Virus record (IMG/VR): IMGVR_UViG_3300029959_000704
Location: 1 to 64,000 of that record
DNA length: 64,000 nucleotides
Strand: one strand, 5' to 3'
From: a virus
Lineage: Duplodnaviria; Caudoviricetes
Shown: positions 27,455-35,519 of the stretch, piece after piece
Numbering within the stretch: position 1 is the first letter of the stretch
Layout of the letters: every line of letters begins with the position of its first letter
Made by a program: the position numbers and the translations under genes
Notes under the pieces: generated by a model
Seen by the model: the letters and a program-made list of their open reading frames with translations, nothing else
What the model was told of the DNA's origin: nothing
Database searches by the model: none

Positions 27455-28440
27455 TAATCCGGGAAAATCGGATGGAGGTGTGGGTTAAAACCACCATAGA
27501 ATACAGAAGTCCATTGTCGTATTTAGATATTATATGGAATAGAATATCTCTAGTTTATAATTTAGGCTAAACATTGATGCCTCGGTAAATACCCATGCAA
27601 AATACTTATCGTGTACACGAAAAAGATACAAGTATTTACCCAAAGATACTAATCCTGAATTGACAGGAGATTAAAGGCAAACGTGATATGAAGTATTAGA
27701 GAAATGGGGTTACTATCAAGAGAATGTAATCCCGCCAGGCTACCCATCTGGTCTATCAGTAGATAATTCTATTCGCCTATAAGAAATTAATGGAGTAATC
27801 CTAGATGTGTTGTTGTTAGGTTAACCTAACCAGTTAGAAATAGCTGCCCTTGAGAAAGGAAGAAGCCCTTTAGTAGAATGTTTCCTCCCCATAGTACAAC
27901 TACTACAACACAAATGAGTTCTCAGCGAAAAAGATGATTAAGAATCGGTTATCTAAAGTTTAGGCTAAAGAGCCATACATCATATAATCATCTGACCCTA
28001 CTCTTACTACCTACCCTATGATTAGGGTTGTAGAGAGAAGTAAGATAAGAGGGTGCTAATAGATAGAGATGCTATAATCTTTGAATCAAGACTTGAAAAA
28101 TGGTTCCGCCTCAGTATTCACGGCGAAATGGAATACCTTGGGTCAAAGAAAACTACACATTTTCTCCAAGTAGTGTTGATGCTTTTAATAGGGGATGCCC
28201 AACAGGTTTTGTATAAGTAGAAAACCGATATGACTACTCACTTGTAATCTCAAAGTGGGGGGAGAATAAGTTGCTTGAAATGATACACAGCAGCTAAAAA
28301 TCCTGGACCGGTATACAAACACCGGTATATGAAATGACTCTAATAGTTTGCCAGGTGTAAAAGGAGTAAAGTGGCTATAAAATAGTTTACAAAGTGCCAT
28401 ACTTAGGGGTGAAATGAAAATACAACTAGTCCCCTTTTTT
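27455..28440 (+). ncRNA. Large (~1 kb) structured ncRNA candidate, GOLLD-like by size and context
   Basis: About 1 kb with no credible ORF, many helices and GNRA tetraloops, a 3' pseudoknot and a terminal stem plus T run; lies among tRNA-like genes. The family assignment is unverified. Confidence 0.7.
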
Positions 28441-28463
28441 ATTAAAATTAATAATATTTAATT

Positions 28464-29153
28464 ATGTGGAGTATATTTAACTTATTTAAAAGTAAAAAAC
28501 CTGTTAAGAAACAATTAACAGAGGAACAGCTTGAGATTATTAAATTGGAAATCCAGACTATCAACAAAAAATGCGAAGCCATAGCTGATTCCAAAAGTAA
28601 AGACTCTCGTGATAGGCATGAAAAAGAAAATTCAACTTGCCCTAAATGCAAAGCTACCCAAACAATAGATAAATTTAAAAGAACAAAAGGTGCAATATCT
28701 GGACGCTTTAGTGGAACTTCTGGTTTATTTGGAGGATCTTCTTATGGAAGTATTTATGGTGAACTTGATACTTTAGAGGTAAACCAATGTCGTATTTGTG
28801 GCAATGAATGGAAGAAAACTAAGCCATTTTACTGGAGTATGAGAGAGATTAGAACAGATCATCTAAACGTATTAAGAAGGCTACTTAAAGATTATAAAGA
28901 GGCTAGAGAATGTAAATTTGATAAATCTAATTTAGAAGAAATTTATAAATCTCGTGAAGAAAAGGTTGAAGCTTTCCTAAAACAAATAGAGGACTCTTAT
29001 TGTAAAAAAGAAACTATTCAAATATGGGAAGGATTTCATATTGAAACTATTAAGGAGTTGATGAAATCTGAGGAAGAGTATGCGCAAATAAAGTGGGAGG
29101 AAAATTATGATGAAGGAACTCTTCTATCATTAGGACTTTGTAAATTTAATTAA
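28464..29153 (+). CDS. Hypothetical Zn-ribbon protein
   Basis: CPKC and CRIC pairs separated by a Gly-rich insert. Confidence 0.7.
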   Translation: MWSIFNLFKSKKPVKKQLTEEQLEIIKLEIQTINKKCEAIADSKSKDSRDRHEKENSTCPKCKATQTIDKFKRTKGAISGRFSGTSGLFGGSSYGSIYGELDTLEVNQCRICGNEWKKTKPFYWSMREIRTDHLNVLRRLLKDYKEARECKFDKSNLEEIYKSREEKVEAFLKQIEDSYCKKETIQIWEGFHIETIKELMKSEEEYAQIKWEENYDEGTLLSLGLCKFN

Positions 29154-29161
29154 TTTAATAT

Positions 29162-29386
29162 ATGAATAATCCTAGATTTGAAGCTTTAAAAAGAGAAGCT
29201 AATGAAATTGAAAAGCAACTTAAAAACCAAGGTTGTTGTGGAGCTGAAATAGAAATAATTGGAGCTTTGCTTTTTGTTAAATATCAAGGTAAAGAAAAAG
29301 AATTGTCAAAATTACTTGAAAATACTACTGAATTACTACAAAAAGCTAAAGACTTATTACAAGAATTAAGAGCTTTAAAAAAGTAA
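29162..29386 (+). CDS. Hypothetical protein
   Basis: 74 aa, operon spacing. Confidence 0.6.
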   Translation: MNNPRFEALKREANEIEKQLKNQGCCGAEIEIIGALLFVKYQGKEKELSKLLENTTELLQKAKDLLQELRALKK

Positions 29387-29394
29387 AATAAAAT

Positions 29395-29556
29395 GGTCAG
29401 GTGCCGGAGTGGTTCAACGGAGGTGTGGATAAAGCCAATAAGGATGGGGTTGTGAATAATATAATAGTAATCTCCTAGCTCAAGGCAAAAACTACCTAGT
29501 ACTCTAACAGCTAGACGTAATAGTACTACACAGGTTCAAATCCTGGACTGGCCCCA
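29395..29556 (+). ncRNA. tRNA-like element 3 with ~108 nt between the D and T arms
   Basis: Acceptor GGTCAG/CTGGCC, D arm CCG-GAGTGGTTCAA-CGG, T arm CAGG-TTCAAAT-CCTG; ends in CCA. Confidence 0.7.
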
Positions 29557-29581
29557 AATACTAATTTTAATTATTTTGAAA

Positions 29582-29803
29582 ATGAAAATTACAGAAATTA
29601 ACAAAAAGACTTTGATTAAAGCCGAATTACCAGATGGAGTTTATATTGGTAAATGGTGTGGATATCAGATTGAAGTTGAGCATGAAAAAGAAACATACTT
29701 TCTTAATACTGAACAAGGTGTTAAAGGTATTAATATTGGTGTTGCAGTAGAAGTTATAAACGGAGAAGCTACTTTTGAACTCCTGAGAAACTACACCAGT
29801 TAA
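29582..29803 (+). CDS. Hypothetical protein
   Basis: Start moved to ATG 29582; 73 aa. Confidence 0.65.
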   Translation: MKITEINKKTLIKAELPDGVYIGKWCGYQIEVEHEKETYFLNTEQGVKGINIGVAVEVINGEATFELLRNYTS

Positions 29804-29834
29804 GGCTATACTTTAAATAAAAAAATGGTTGCAA

Positions 29835-29920
29835 CTGCGGTTCAGTAATAGGTGAAAGTTTTTTATAAACCAAACATAACTATTTGAACAAAAGTAGGAA
29901 TAAACGCAGATAGTCCTATA
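29835..29920 (+). ncRNA. Candidate pseudoknotted RNA
   Basis: Interleaved pairings CTGCG/CGCAG and TAGGA/TCCTA around a GTTCA/TGAAC helix. Confidence 0.4.
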
Positions 29921-29929
29921 CTATTTTTT

Positions 29930-30056
29930 AGTCAGGTGGCGAATTGGTAGAGCACCACATTAGATAATATTGGGGAGAAATGCCTATAAACATTATGATA
30001 ATAAGATGCATATAAAACATAATGATGGCTTGCAGGTTCAACTCCTGTCCTGACTA
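29930..30056 (+). ncRNA. tRNA-like element 4 with ~77 nt between the D and T arms
   Basis: Perfect 7-bp acceptor AGTCAGG/CCTGACT, Leu-like D loop AATTGGTAGA, T arm GCAGG-TTCAACT-CCTGT, discriminator A. Confidence 0.75.
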
Positions 30057-30080
30057 CAAACAATTAAAAAATTAAATTCT

Positions 30081-30275
30081 ATGTCAAAAACTATCGCTGC
30101 TACAGGAGGAACTTCATTAGGAACTCTCCTTACTGTTGTATTTATTATTTTAAAATTGACCAATGTAATTAACTGGTCATGGTGGTGGGTATTATCACCA
30201 ATTTGGATATCTTTTAGTTTATCAATTCTTATAATTATAGGAATTATATGGTTTATTCACAGATTTCAAAAATAA
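30081..30275 (+). CDS. Small membrane protein (WSWWWV motif)
   Basis: Two transmembrane helices; LKLTNVINWSWWWVLSPIWI is a common phage small-membrane pattern. Confidence 0.8.
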   Translation: MSKTIAATGGTSLGTLLTVVFIILKLTNVINWSWWWVLSPIWISFSLSILIIIGIIWFIHRFQK

Positions 30276-30281
30276 AATCTT

Positions 30282-30440
30282 ATGAGAACAGTTTTATTTA
30301 TAGGTATGTTAGCTATTGCTAATGCTATTTCTCCTGATGCACCAGATCTCGTATTAAAAGCAGATTTATATATGGTTATCACTATAATAGCATTATTTAG
30401 TGATTTAGCAGAACTTTATTACAAAAGCCGTAAAAAATAA
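30282..30440 (+). CDS. Small membrane protein (52 aa, not in ORF track)
   Basis: MRTVLFIGMLAIANAISPD...YYKSRKK; its stop overlaps the next ATG. Confidence 0.6.
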   Translation: MRTVLFIGMLAIANAISPDAPDLVLKADLYMVITIIALFSDLAELYYKSRKK

Positions 30441-31111
30441 TGGAAAGATTACATCTTACTATTAATATGAATACTGGTGCTAAGTTATTTTTCACTTCAG
30501 ATTTACATTTAGGTCATAATAATATAATTTCATTTTGTCAGCGTCCTTTTAAAGATGTAGAAATTATGAATGAAGCTTTAATTGCTAATTGGAACGAAGT
30601 CGTGGCTCCTGGAGATATTGTATTTGCATTAGGAGATATATTTTGGAATCATAATACAAAATTTATGAAAGAAGTTTATGCGAGATTAAATGGTACTATT
30701 TATTTTATACCAGGAAATCATGACTCAAATGATGCATATAAACAAAAGTTTCCTAATGTAACTGTATTAAGTGATGTTGTAACTTTATTTCTTATACTTC
30801 ATGATGAAATAGAAGAAGTAACTTATAATTATCAAATACAATTAAGTCATATTCCATTAATGACTTGGCCTCAAAGAATTAAAAGAAATTGCTTTCATTT
30901 ACATGGGCATGTTCATACTATGTTAGTAGGACATAATACAGGTTGTGATGCAAATATTCCTAAATGGCCTAATCAATACGATATCGGAGTAGACTTTAAT
31001 AATTATGCTCCAATTGAAATTAGAGATATCTTAGCAAAATTAAATCTATCACCTGGAAGCTCTGTAAAAGAATTATCAAAAGAAGTTCTTGAAAGAAACT
31101 TATCAGAGTAA
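30440..31111 (+). CDS. Calcineurin-like metallophosphoesterase
   Basis: SDLHLGH, GD, GNHD, H and HGHVH motifs. Confidence 0.9.
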   Translation: MERLHLTINMNTGAKLFFTSDLHLGHNNIISFCQRPFKDVEIMNEALIANWNEVVAPGDIVFALGDIFWNHNTKFMKEVYARLNGTIYFIPGNHDSNDAYKQKFPNVTVLSDVVTLFLILHDEIEEVTYNYQIQLSHIPLMTWPQRIKRNCFHLHGHVHTMLVGHNTGCDANIPKWPNQYDIGVDFNNYAPIEIRDILAKLNLSPGSSVKELSKEVLERNLSE

Positions 31112-31117
31112 ATGTAT

Positions 31118-31206
31118 GCCTCAGTGGTGGAATAGGTAGACACGAAGGACTTAAAATCCTTTTCTCAGCAATGAGAGTGCAGGTTCAATTCCTGTTTGAG
31201 GTACCA
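31118..31206 (+). tRNA. tRNA-Leu (TAA)
   Basis: Acceptor GCCTCAG/TTGAGGT, anticodon arm AAGGA-CTTAAAA-TCCTT, long variable arm, T loop TTCAATT, discriminator A, CCA. Confidence 0.92.
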
Positions 31207-31453
31207 AATATTGTCAAAATATTGTATTCTAAACTATAAATGAAAATTTATAAGTAGTCCATAAATTTTAAAAATACAGTCTAAGCAACTGTAAACAACC
31301 CTAAAAACAACAAATATATGGAATTTTCCCCAACAACAAGTGCTTCTGATAGTACACAATGTTTTATTAATTTAAAAATTAATTCGGTAAAAAAATAACA
31401 CTCGTTGCGGGACGGGCAATTTTTCCCCTTAAAATAACCAATAACTTAATATT

Positions 31454-31612
31454 ATGTCTAACACTAGTAGCCCAAAAGCAATTCTCATTATGACTGTAAG
31501 TGCAGAAGGTCATATAACCTATCGTAGAAAAGAAAGGAAAAGAATCTCATCTGCAGCTAAAAATTTATTCACTAACAAATCTTTATTTAAAGAGCAGTAT
31601 GGACAACATTAA
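31454..31612 (+). CDS. Small basic hypothetical protein (52 aa, not in ORF track)
   Basis: MSNTSSPKAILIMTV...EQYGQH; overlaps the next start. Confidence 0.45.
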   Translation: MSNTSSPKAILIMTVSAEGHITYRRKERKRISSAAKNLFTNKSLFKEQYGQH

Positions 31613-31958
31613 AAAGAGGCGTAAAAACATTCAATGGACTCCTCAGAATTGTAAACTTGTGCTAAGGATTATAGAAAAAAACTCTAGTAATCTACAAGTA
31701 GGTTTTGACTTAGCAGCTAAGAGACTTTCCAAAATGTATGGAATAGATATAAGCTCCTCAGCTGTAAGTGCAGCCTATTACTCTAATAAAACATTACTGT
31801 CTTATAAAAAGATGCCAGTAATGACTCCAATTGTATGTGTAGTTGGGAATAAAATTATAGAATCTAATGATTTGCAAAAGAATAAATCAGAGGATTCTAA
31901 AACTCCTTCTACTGTAAATCTACTCTCAAAATTATATGCTTTCTTTAAAAAAAATTAA
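31599..31958 (+). CDS. Hypothetical protein, possible helix-turn-helix
   Basis: WTPQNCKLVL...FDLAAKRL...SSSAVSAAYY. Confidence 0.6.
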   Translation: MDNIKKRRKNIQWTPQNCKLVLRIIEKNSSNLQVGFDLAAKRLSKMYGIDISSSAVSAAYYSNKTLLSYKKMPVMTPIVCVVGNKIIESNDLQKNKSEDSKTPSTVNLLSKLYAFFKKN

Positions 31959-32100
31959 AGATGTCTTGAGTACTCTTTTTAATGCCTTATGTGATTTGTC
32001 AGATATTATATTTGGTATTATTTTAATTTTACTATTTATAGCTGCAATAATTGCTATAATTTCACCATTCATTTATCCATATTTTATTAACCTTAATTAA
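31936..32100 (+). CDS. Small membrane protein (54 aa, not in ORF track)
   Basis: MLSLKKIKDV...IIFGIILILLFIAAIIAII; one long transmembrane segment. Confidence 0.5.
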   Translation: MLSLKKIKDVLSTLFNALCDLSDIIFGIILILLFIAAIIAIISPFIYPYFINLN

Positions 32101-32112
32101 AATTTTTTTATT

Positions 32113-32562
32113 ATGAATCCAATCATTTTTCTATTAGGATTTTTTGTAATCCTTTTCATCATTTTCTTCGTAGTGTCTATTAAATTGACCGAAAAGAACA
32201 CCCGTCTTGCTACAATTGCTTCAAAATTTGAAGGAGATGTAAAGAGTTTGTCAGCTACTTTGACAGATGTGCAAAACAAATTCAAAGAGTCAATTCAAGA
32301 AGTTTCCCGGTTGTCTACAGAGTGTGCTAAGCATGAACGAACTGCCAGCCAGTATAAAATTGAACTTGAAGAACTACAAAACTCTTTAAAAACTGCACCG
32401 GACGAGTCAACTTCAGATAAAGAAGAAGCTTCTACTTTAGACCGATTAAGAGCTGAATCTGATGCACCTACTACTGAAAATACGGATCCAGTAGAATCAG
32501 TTAAACCTGTAGTTACCAAACCCGGAAAATTTCCTAAAAGGAAGTATAACCGTAAAAAATAA
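32113..32562 (+). CDS. Membrane-anchored coiled-coil protein
   Basis: N-terminal transmembrane segment, coiled coil, basic tail. Confidence 0.75.
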   Translation: MNPIIFLLGFFVILFIIFFVVSIKLTEKNTRLATIASKFEGDVKSLSATLTDVQNKFKESIQEVSRLSTECAKHERTASQYKIELEELQNSLKTAPDESTSDKEEASTLDRLRAESDAPTTENTDPVESVKPVVTKPGKFPKRKYNRKK

Positions 32563-32569
32563 CTAAAAA

Positions 32570-32602
32570 ATAAAGGCTCTCTTTCATATAGAGAGCCTTT
32601 AT
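32570..32602 (+). terminator. Intrinsic terminator-like hairpin
   Basis: 13-bp perfect stem ATAAAGGCTCTCT/AGAGAGCCTTTAT just after a stop codon. Confidence 0.7.
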
Positions 32603-32613
32603 CCTTTATTATT

Positions 32614-32802
32614 ATGGAAAACACTAATCTATCTAAACAAGATATAGAGATTTTATCTCCGGCTCAGATTGAAGCTGCTCTTATGTCAATAATAGCAACA
32701 AATGAAGATATATCTTCTGCAGATTTGAAAGCTAAATTTAATGAGCTCTACCCTGGTCAAAAGGATAGAGTTATTTCAACAATTATAAATCAACTACTCT
32801 AA
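32614..32802 (+). CDS. Hypothetical protein
   Basis: 62 aa; its stop overlaps the next ATG. Confidence 0.6.
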   Translation: MENTNLSKQDIEILSPAQIEAALMSIIATNEDISSADLKAKFNELYPGQKDRVISTIINQLL

Positions 32803-33227
32803 TGGTAATACTTGTAGATTTTGATGGGACTTGTGTTACTCACGAGTTTCCAAATGTGGGAGAAGAGATTGGAGCAGCCCCAATTCTTAAGGAACTTGTT
32901 AAAAATGGTCATAAAATAGTATTATTTACTATGAGATGTGATCACGACTTTACCCCTCAAGGTAATCAACCTGAAAATGACTATCCAGCCAGTACCTATT
33001 TAACTGATGCAGTAAATTGGTTCAAAAAACATAATATATCCCTTCACGGGCTTAATACTAATCCAGGCCAAGAGAAATGGACAAGTAGTCCCAAAGCTTA
33101 CGGAGATTTAATCATTGATGATACAGCCCTTGGTTGCCCATTATTATATGATAAAAAAATATCTTCAAGACCTTTTGTTAATTGGGCTGAAGTACATAAT
33201 ATACTTCAAGAAAGAAAAATTCTTTAA
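32802..33227 (+). CDS. HAD-family hydrolase (cap-less)
   Basis: DFDGT motif I, FT-R motif II, K...IIDD motifs III and IV. Confidence 0.85.
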   Translation: MVILVDFDGTCVTHEFPNVGEEIGAAPILKELVKNGHKIVLFTMRCDHDFTPQGNQPENDYPASTYLTDAVNWFKKHNISLHGLNTNPGQEKWTSSPKAYGDLIIDDTALGCPLLYDKKISSRPFVNWAEVHNILQERKIL

Positions 33228-33237
33228 TACTTACTAT

Positions 33238-34470
33238 ATGGAGAAGAAAAAAATATCTGCAATAATGGTAGCAGACTCTATCAGTCCTCAAGGGCATAGG
33301 ATTACTACCTTTCTATTAACATACCCAAGAATGGTACACAGTGACTTTATGTCTCATAGAATGTTCAGTAGAAACACTGCATCTTCCAGAGCTATTCCAT
33401 TTGAGAAAATGCTTAAAATGGTAGTTGAGGATCCCTTCATCCCTATTGCATTTCAAAAGGACCATAAAGGAATGCAAGGTACTGAATATCTTGATCCCAA
33501 TAAGAAAATCTCCTGGAATGAAATTTTTCCCATTATTATAGAAGCAATTAAAAGAAACTTCTACAATAAAGAGACAAATGAACTGAATCCAGAATGGGGA
33601 GATATTCTAGTCATATTTAACTCTACAGTAACTCCATTATTCATTCCTATGGAAAGACATGGAGGTTATACTCCTATTGAATGGTGGTTAAAAGTTAGAG
33701 ATTTGGTAGTAAGTTCTGCTCTACTTATGTCTATAATGGGAGTAAGTAAACAACTTTGTAATAGATTACTTGAACCATTTATGTGGCATACGGCACTTCT
33801 TACTGCAACCGAGTTTGATAATTTCTTTGAATTAAGATGTCCAAAGTATTTAGACCCATCTGGAGAATCTTTTAAGAGTAAAAAAGACTATAGGACTAGT
33901 TCAAAATGGTCTTGTTGGGAAGGAAATGAAGATGATGTAACTGGTTGGTTAGAGTGTGATGACTCTCAAGCAGAAATTCATATACAAGCACTTGCAGAAG
34001 CAATGTGGGACGCTATGAATGAATCTACTCCCAAAGAATTAAAAGCCGGTGAGTGGCATATTCCTTTTGGGGACAAGTTTGATATTCAGGCATTTGAGGC
34101 TAATGAGGGAATAGAAGTTCCTTTAGAGCAAATACTAAGCTTAAAATTAAAAATATCAACAGCAAGATGTGCTAGATTATCGTATATGACTTTTGATGGG
34201 GAAGTTGATTATAAAAAGGATATTGAACTCCATGACAGGTTATTAGAAAGTAGGCATATGAGTCCATTTGAACATTGTGCTGTCGCCATGAGTGATACCG
34301 AGTATGAATTGTTCGTAAAAGGACGGGGAAAAACTTACAGATCAGGGGAATGGGAAACATACGACTCTGATAAACCTGACTACCAACTTCACTTCAAACC
34401 TGAAGATAAAGGATGGTGTAATAACTTTAAAGGTTTTATTCCTTATAGATATTTGATTGAAAATAAGTAA
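33238..34470 (+). CDS. thyX: FAD-dependent thymidylate synthase with insertions
   Basis: Start moved to ATG 33238; SHRMFSRNTASSR (variant of the RHRxxSxxxxSxR signature), KQLCNRLLEP, TARCARLSY, HMSPFEH. Confidence 0.88.
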   Translation: MEKKKISAIMVADSISPQGHRITTFLLTYPRMVHSDFMSHRMFSRNTASSRAIPFEKMLKMVVEDPFIPIAFQKDHKGMQGTEYLDPNKKISWNEIFPIIIEAIKRNFYNKETNELNPEWGDILVIFNSTVTPLFIPMERHGGYTPIEWWLKVRDLVVSSALLMSIMGVSKQLCNRLLEPFMWHTALLTATEFDNFFELRCPKYLDPSGESFKSKKDYRTSSKWSCWEGNEDDVTGWLECDDSQAEIHIQALAEAMWDAMNESTPKELKAGEWHIPFGDKFDIQAFEANEGIEVPLEQILSLKLKISTARCARLSYMTFDGEVDYKKDIELHDRLLESRHMSPFEHCAVAMSDTEYELFVKGRGKTYRSGEWETYDSDKPDYQLHFKPEDKGWCNNFKGFIPYRYLIENK

Positions 34471-34472
34471 TT

Positions 34473-34820
34473 ATGAATAAAACATTGGAACAAGAGATTA
34501 ACTATGTGATTAATCCAGAATCTGAAACACTTTTAATATGCACAACTAAAACAACTAGACTAGAAATACATGCAGTAACTCTTCTAGAGGTAGCAGCTAC
34601 AATTACTGATTCTTTTGGAAATATATATATGAAGTTTTCTATTTCTTTTGAGCATCTAACATCTGAAATTAATCATCAAATGACAGAAGAGCAACTTTAT
34701 GAAAAACTTAAATATAATATACTCCGATGGGTAGTATTTGGTAAAACAGGTTCTACTATACTTTCCTTACAAGATGCAATAAAATGTGCACGAGTACTTA
34801 CTTATAATAAATGTCACTAA
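34473..34820 (+). CDS. Hypothetical protein
   Basis: 115 aa, tight operon spacing. Confidence 0.65.
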   Translation: MNKTLEQEINYVINPESETLLICTTKTTRLEIHAVTLLEVAATITDSFGNIYMKFSISFEHLTSEINHQMTEEQLYEKLKYNILRWVVFGKTGSTILSLQDAIKCARVLTYNKCH

Positions 34821-35170
34821 TGGAAGAACAACTTATATCATTTGAAACAGCTAAAATAGCAAAAGACAAAGGATTTACTTATGCATATCAGTTTTATAAT
34901 GCTAGTGGTAAATTACAAGACTTTGGTATGGTAGGGGGTTGGACAAATTGTAATGAGAAGAATTACGCAGCTCCTACTCAATCATTTCTCCAAAAATGGC
35001 TGAGGGAAAAGCATCAGATTCATATAGCGATTACTTCAATAAGTCAAGAATCTTGGCAATATCACGTTACTTTAATTGGAGAAAAACTTGGAGATAGATA
35101 TGATGAAGATTATGTAACTTATGAAGACGCTCTTGAAGATGGACTTGTTAGGGCCCTTAAACTTATTTAA
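34811..35170 (+). CDS. Conserved hypothetical Bacteroidota-phage protein
   Basis: ISFETAKIAKDKGF...APTQSFLQKWLREKH...TYEDALEDGL pattern. Confidence 0.75.
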   Translation: MSLMEEQLISFETAKIAKDKGFTYAYQFYNASGKLQDFGMVGGWTNCNEKNYAAPTQSFLQKWLREKHQIHIAITSISQESWQYHVTLIGEKLGDRYDEDYVTYEDALEDGLVRALKLI

Positions 35171-35181
35171 TAATTAAACTT

Positions 35182-35499
35182 ATGAAAATAATTATACGAA
35201 AAGTTCCATATAAATGTCCTATTTGTAATGGAGCAAAAGAAGTTCATCATACTTTATATGATACTGCATTTCATCCAAGAATGACTGCTGACTCTACAAG
35301 AGTATCTTGTAAATCTTGCTATGGTACCGGACTAGTTTATGGAGATGAAAAAACTATTATGGATATTCCAGACGCACCTATGGGTGATGTAGAATCTACT
35401 GAATTCGATAAAAAAATCGACATTATTTTAGAAAAATTTGAAAACATATTAACTAATTCTGCTGAGGTGAGAAAACATCGTTTTACTACAAAGGATTAG
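35182..35499 (+). CDS. Zn-finger (CxxCxG) protein
   Basis: CPICNG and CKSCYG. Confidence 0.7.
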   Translation: MKIIIRKVPYKCPICNGAKEVHHTLYDTAFHPRMTADSTRVSCKSCYGTGLVYGDEKTIMDIPDAPMGDVESTEFDKKIDIILEKFENILTNSAEVRKHRFTTKD

Positions 35500-35519
35500 T
35501 ATAACTAATAATTTAAATT

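Noticed and set aside
22742-27969. Recurrent TAGGCTAAA (22742, 27563, 27961) as a phage promoter motif
   Set aside because: Only three copies of a 9-mer, two of them inside the RNA candidate, and not found in front of other early units.
28185-28400. 71-aa minus-strand ORF inside the large RNA candidate
   Set aside because: It runs opposite to the whole block and has no motif; the region is better explained by RNA structure.
28191-28440. tmRNA (GGGGATG...GGTTTTG resembles a tmRNA 5' end)
   Set aside because: No matching T arm or CCA-type 3' end, and no acceptor-stem complement.
27455-28440. Group I or group II intron or RNase P identity for the 1-kb RNA
   Set aside because: No interrupted gene on the flanks, and I could not find a domain V, a P7-type core or the GAGGAAAGTCC motif by eye.
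17700-32100. CRISPR or mini-CRISPR array in intergenic gaps
   Set aside because: No regularly spaced direct repeats with unique spacers; the repeats found are inverted.
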